A stretch of DNA of 10,257 nt, taken from NCBI GenBank assembly GCA_046726415.1, contig JBKPAK010000071.1:1-10257 (forward strand). The letters are read 5' to 3'. The stretch is from Candidatus Methylomirabilota bacterium. Its GTDB lineage: Bacteria; Methylomirabilota; Methylomirabilia; Rokubacteriales; CSP1-6. The stretch's first letter is position 1, and each line of letters opens with the position of its first letter. Shown here piece after piece: positions 7,928 to 10,257 of the stretch. The notes beneath the pieces are model-generated. The model worked only from the letters and a program-made list of their open reading frames with translations. It was not told the origin of the DNA and ran no database searches. Both the position numbers and the translations under genes were made by a program.

Positions 7928-8682
7928 CGGAGCCGCGACTCGCGTGGCGCCCCGAAGTACGACTCGAGGACAGCCGGATTGCTCCGGAGCGAGGCCGGCG
8001 GGCCTTCGGCGATCGTCCGCCCCATTGCCAGCGCGTACATGCGGCTGGACAGGCCCATCACCGCGTCCATGTTGTGCTCGATGAGCACGATGGTCGTGCC
8101 GCCCCGGTTGATTTCGCGCAGCCTCGCGAGCAATCGCTCTACGAGTACGGGATTCACCCCGGCGGTGGGCTCGTCGAGAAGGATCAGCTCCGGCTCGCCC
8201 ATGAGCACGGTGGCCAGCTCGAGCAACCGCTGCTGCCCGTACGAGAGCTCGCTCGCGGGCGCGGTGACCTGGTCTGCGAGGCCCATGAACTCCAGGAAGC
8301 CCAGGGCGCGCCGCCGCACCTCCGGCGCGCTCGCGCCCGCGAAGGCGGCCAGCACGCCCTCGCCGTGGTGCGACTGGCCGGCCAGCACGTTCTCAAGCAC
8401 CGAGAGCTGGGGAAAGATCCGCACGAGCTGGAACGTGCGGCCCACGCCGCGCGCACTAATGGCATGAGGAAGCAGGCCCACCACACTCCGACCGCGCAGT
8501 CGGACATCGCCGCCGTCCGGGGTCAGCGCGCCAGCGATGCAGTGGAACAGCGTGGTCTTACCCGAACCGTTCGGTCCGATCAGCCCAACGATCTCCCCGG
8601 CCTCGACGGCAATGTCCACCCCGGCCAGCGCGGTCAGCCCACCGAAATACTTCGTCACGCCGCTGACCTCGAGCAGGCTCAT
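7924..8682 (-). CDS. livG: Branched-chain amino acid-type ABC transporter ATP-binding protein (LivG-like)
   Basis: 252 aa from ATG 8682 (MSLLEVSGVTKYFGGLTAL), which overlaps the livM stop (ATGA). Motifs are GPNGSGKT, RTFQ, LSYGQQRLLE, LLDEPTAG and IEHNM. Confidence 0.95.
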   Translation of the reverse strand: MSLLEVSGVTKYFGGLTALAGVDIAVEAGEIVGLIGPNGSGKTTLFHCIAGALTPDGGDVRLRGRSVVGLLPHAISARGVGRTFQLVRIFPQLSVLENVLAGQSHHGEGVLAAFAGASAPEVRRRALGFLEFMGLADQVTAPASELSYGQQRLLELATVLMGEPELILLDEPTAGVNPVLVERLLARLREINRGGTTIVLIEHNMDAVMGLSSRMYALAMGRTIAEGPPASLRSNPAVLESYFGAPRESRLR

Positions 8683-9581
8683 GCTGGCCGCGGGACGAGC
8701 CGGGCCCGCCGCCGACGTCTCCAGAGCGCGACCACGCCGCCGGGCGTCCACAGGGTGAGCCAGACGATGATGGCGCCGTAGACCACCTGATCGATGCCGA
8801 TCCCGCGGCCGCCCCAGAAGACGCGCGTGGCCTCGGAGAGCGGAATCAGCACGAAGGCGCCGACGATGGGCCCGGCCACGGTGCCCAAGCCACCGAAGAC
8901 GGGCACGAGCACCATCCGGACCGAGAGCGTTGTTGACATGACGCTGAAGGGATCGATGTAGGTGGTGTACTGCGCGTAGAACGTCCCCGTCATCCCGGTG
9001 ACGAAGGCGCTGCCAGTGAGAGCGGCGAGTTTGTAGCGCCGCGGGTCGATGCCGAGCCGCGCCGCCGCCTCCTCGTCCTGGTTGATGGCGCGCAGGTAGA
9101 TTCCCAGGCGTGAGCGCTCGACCTGTGCGACCGCGAGGGTCATGGCCACGGCCATGACCAAGATGATGACGAGATAGGGCACCTTGCTTGCCCAGAGCAT
9201 GTCAAGCGAGGAGGGAATCCGCTGGACGGGGAGCACGAGCCCGTTGGCGCCGCCCGTCCAGTCGAAGGCCAGGAACAGCACGCGCAACGTCTCGCCGATG
9301 GCGAGGGTGGCCATGGCGAAGTAGTGCGTGCGTAGCTTGAAGCACGGAAAGGCGAGAGCGCAGGCCACCGCAGCGGCCACGAGGCCGCCCGCGAGCATGC
9401 CGAGCCAGGGCGTGACGTTCAGGCGCAGCAGGAGCAAGGTGGACGTGTAGGCCCCGAGCCCGAAGAACGCGGCGTGGCCAAGCGACCACTGCCCGGCATA
9501 GCCGCCAACCAGGTTCCAGGCCTGGCCGAGCACCACGTACACGAGGCAGATGATCAGGACGTGCTGGTAGTAGACGTCCAC
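8679..9581 (-). CDS. livM: Branched-chain amino acid-type ABC transporter permease (LivM-like); 5' end possibly damaged
   Basis: 300 aa from GTG 9581 with AWNLVGGYAGQWSLGHAAFFGLGAY, LRTHYFAMATLA.GE, WTGGANGL, LRAINQDEEAA..LGI and GGLGTVAGP.VGA. There is no RBS, and no N-terminal helix precedes DVYYQ. Confidence 0.88.
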   Translation of the reverse strand: MDVYYQHVLIICLVYVVLGQAWNLVGGYAGQWSLGHAAFFGLGAYTSTLLLLRLNVTPWLGMLAGGLVAAAVACALAFPCFKLRTHYFAMATLAIGETLRVLFLAFDWTGGANGLVLPVQRIPSSLDMLWASKVPYLVIILVMAVAMTLAVAQVERSRLGIYLRAINQDEEAAARLGIDPRRYKLAALTGSAFVTGMTGTFYAQYTTYIDPFSVMSTTLSVRMVLVPVFGGLGTVAGPIVGAFVLIPLSEATRVFWGGRGIGIDQVVYGAIIVWLTLWTPGGVVALWRRRRRARLVPRPA

Positions 9582-9619
9582 GCGGGGACCGTTCGCGCGT
9601 CGCTCATCCGGCGCGGGAT

Positions 9620-9648
9620 TTGCGGCAGGTAGACGCCTTTGTTATGGT
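9620..9648 (+). promoter_or_regulatory. Probable sigma70 promoter (extended -10) of the amidohydrolase gene
   Basis: TTGCGG (9620-9625), a 17-nt spacer, then TATGGT (9643-9648) preceded by TGT (9640-9642). It lies 42 nt before ATG 9691. Confidence 0.55.
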
Positions 9649-9690
9649 GCCGGCACCGGCCCAGCCCGCGGCCGACGGGAGAGGGAGACC

Positions 9691-10257
9691 ATGGCGAAGA
9701 ACGGCTTCAGGATGATCGACGCCGAGATGCACGTGATGGAGCCCGTGGACCTCTGGGAGCGGTACATCGCCTCCGAGTTCAAGGCGCGCGCGCCTCGCCG
9801 ACTCAGCGAGCGCCGCTGGGACATCCGCACGATGGTCGAGGGCGAGGTCATGGCGGCCATGCCGCGCGGCGACTGGCCGGCCCTCTCGGACGCGGAAGAG
9901 AAGGCGCTGAGCGATCGGTACTCCGAGGAGATCGCGCGGGACTTCGATCCGGCCTCCCAGGTGCGGGCGATGGACAAAGAGGGGCTCGACCTGGCGATCC
10001 TCTATCCGACCTCGGCGATGTACATCACGGCCTTCGAGACCATGGACGCGCGCTTCGCGGCTGCGGCGTGCCGGGCCTACAACGACTGGCTCCACGACTA
10101 CATCGCCGCTGCCGACCCCAAGCGCCTCTTCGGTGCCGCCGCCATCTCGCCGCACGACGTGACGAGCGCCGTCGCCGAGACGCGCCGCGCGGTGAAGGAG
10201 CTCGGGATGAAGGCCATCTTCCTCCGCCCCAACATCTTCAATGACCGGCCGTGGCAC
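9691..10257 (+). CDS. Amidohydrolase family protein (Amidohydro_2, ACMSD/LigJ-like TIM barrel); partial, runs off the right edge
   Basis: Translated by hand: MAKNGFRMIDAEMHVMEPVDLWERYI..EFKARAPR...FDPASQVRAMDKEGLDLAILYPT...AAAACRAYNDWLHDY....DPKRLFGAAAISPHDV.SAVAETRRAVKELGMKAIFLRPN. RBS GGGAGAGGGAG. There is no stop within the window, so the ORF track misses it. Confidence 0.92.
   Translation, partial: MAKNGFRMIDAEMHVMEPVDLWERYIASEFKARAPRRLSERRWDIRTMVEGEVMAAMPRGDWPALSDAEEKALSDRYSEEIARDFDPASQVRAMDKEGLDLAILYPTSAMYITAFETMDARFAAAACRAYNDWLHDYIAAADPKRLFGAAAISPHDVTSAVAETRRAVKELGMKAIFLRPNIFNDRPWH

Noticed and set aside
8683..8751. Longer livG start at 8751
   Set aside because: It would overlap livM by 73 nt and add a low-complexity extension. 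ATG 8682 gives a typical N-terminus and an ATGA coupling.
9645..9660. Minus-strand GCCGGCACCA resembling a tRNA 3' end or att site
   Set aside because: There is no T-arm (GTTCRA) or cloverleaf upstream and no integrase nearby. It is explained by the local palindrome.
9604..10257. Track ORFs 9604-10257 (-), 9639-10244 (+) and 9642-9977 (-)
   Set aside because: The real gene is the amidohydrolase frame from ATG 9691, which has an RBS and family motifs. These ORFs are shadows of it.
1..10257. CRISPR array, tandem repeats, IS, phage or defence genes, rRNA/tRNA
   Set aside because: I found no periodic repeats or diagnostic motifs. Nearly all of the sequence is accounted for by transporter and enzyme coding regions.

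Overview
High-GC bacterial window of mostly minus-strand transport and catabolic genes. From right to left it holds: (1) a plus-strand amidohydrolase_2-family gene, 9691 to the window edge, absent from the ORF track; (2) a divergent HAAT (branched-chain amino acid-type) ABC operon in the order livM-livG-livF-livH-SBP, 9581-5012; (3) a 32-codon remnant resembling the N-terminus of a PssA-like CDP-alcohol phosphatidyltransferase, 4918-4820; (4) a CUT1 sugar-type ABC cluster with a Tat-signal SBP, two permeases and no ATPase, 4729-1599, behind a near-consensus sigma70 promoter; (5) an iorA/iorB-type molybdenum hydroxylase pair. iorB is also absent from the ORF track and is cut after about 291 codons at ~142. 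There it meets a convergent NCS2/AzgA-type permease that is cut at the same point. I found no RNA genes, CRISPR arrays, mobile elements or clearly novel system. The most notable signal is two clear and one possible gene-truncation scar (~142, ~4835, ~9585), which points to a deletion-shaped mosaic locus or to assembly chimerism. All family assignments come from motif recognition and recall, not database searches.
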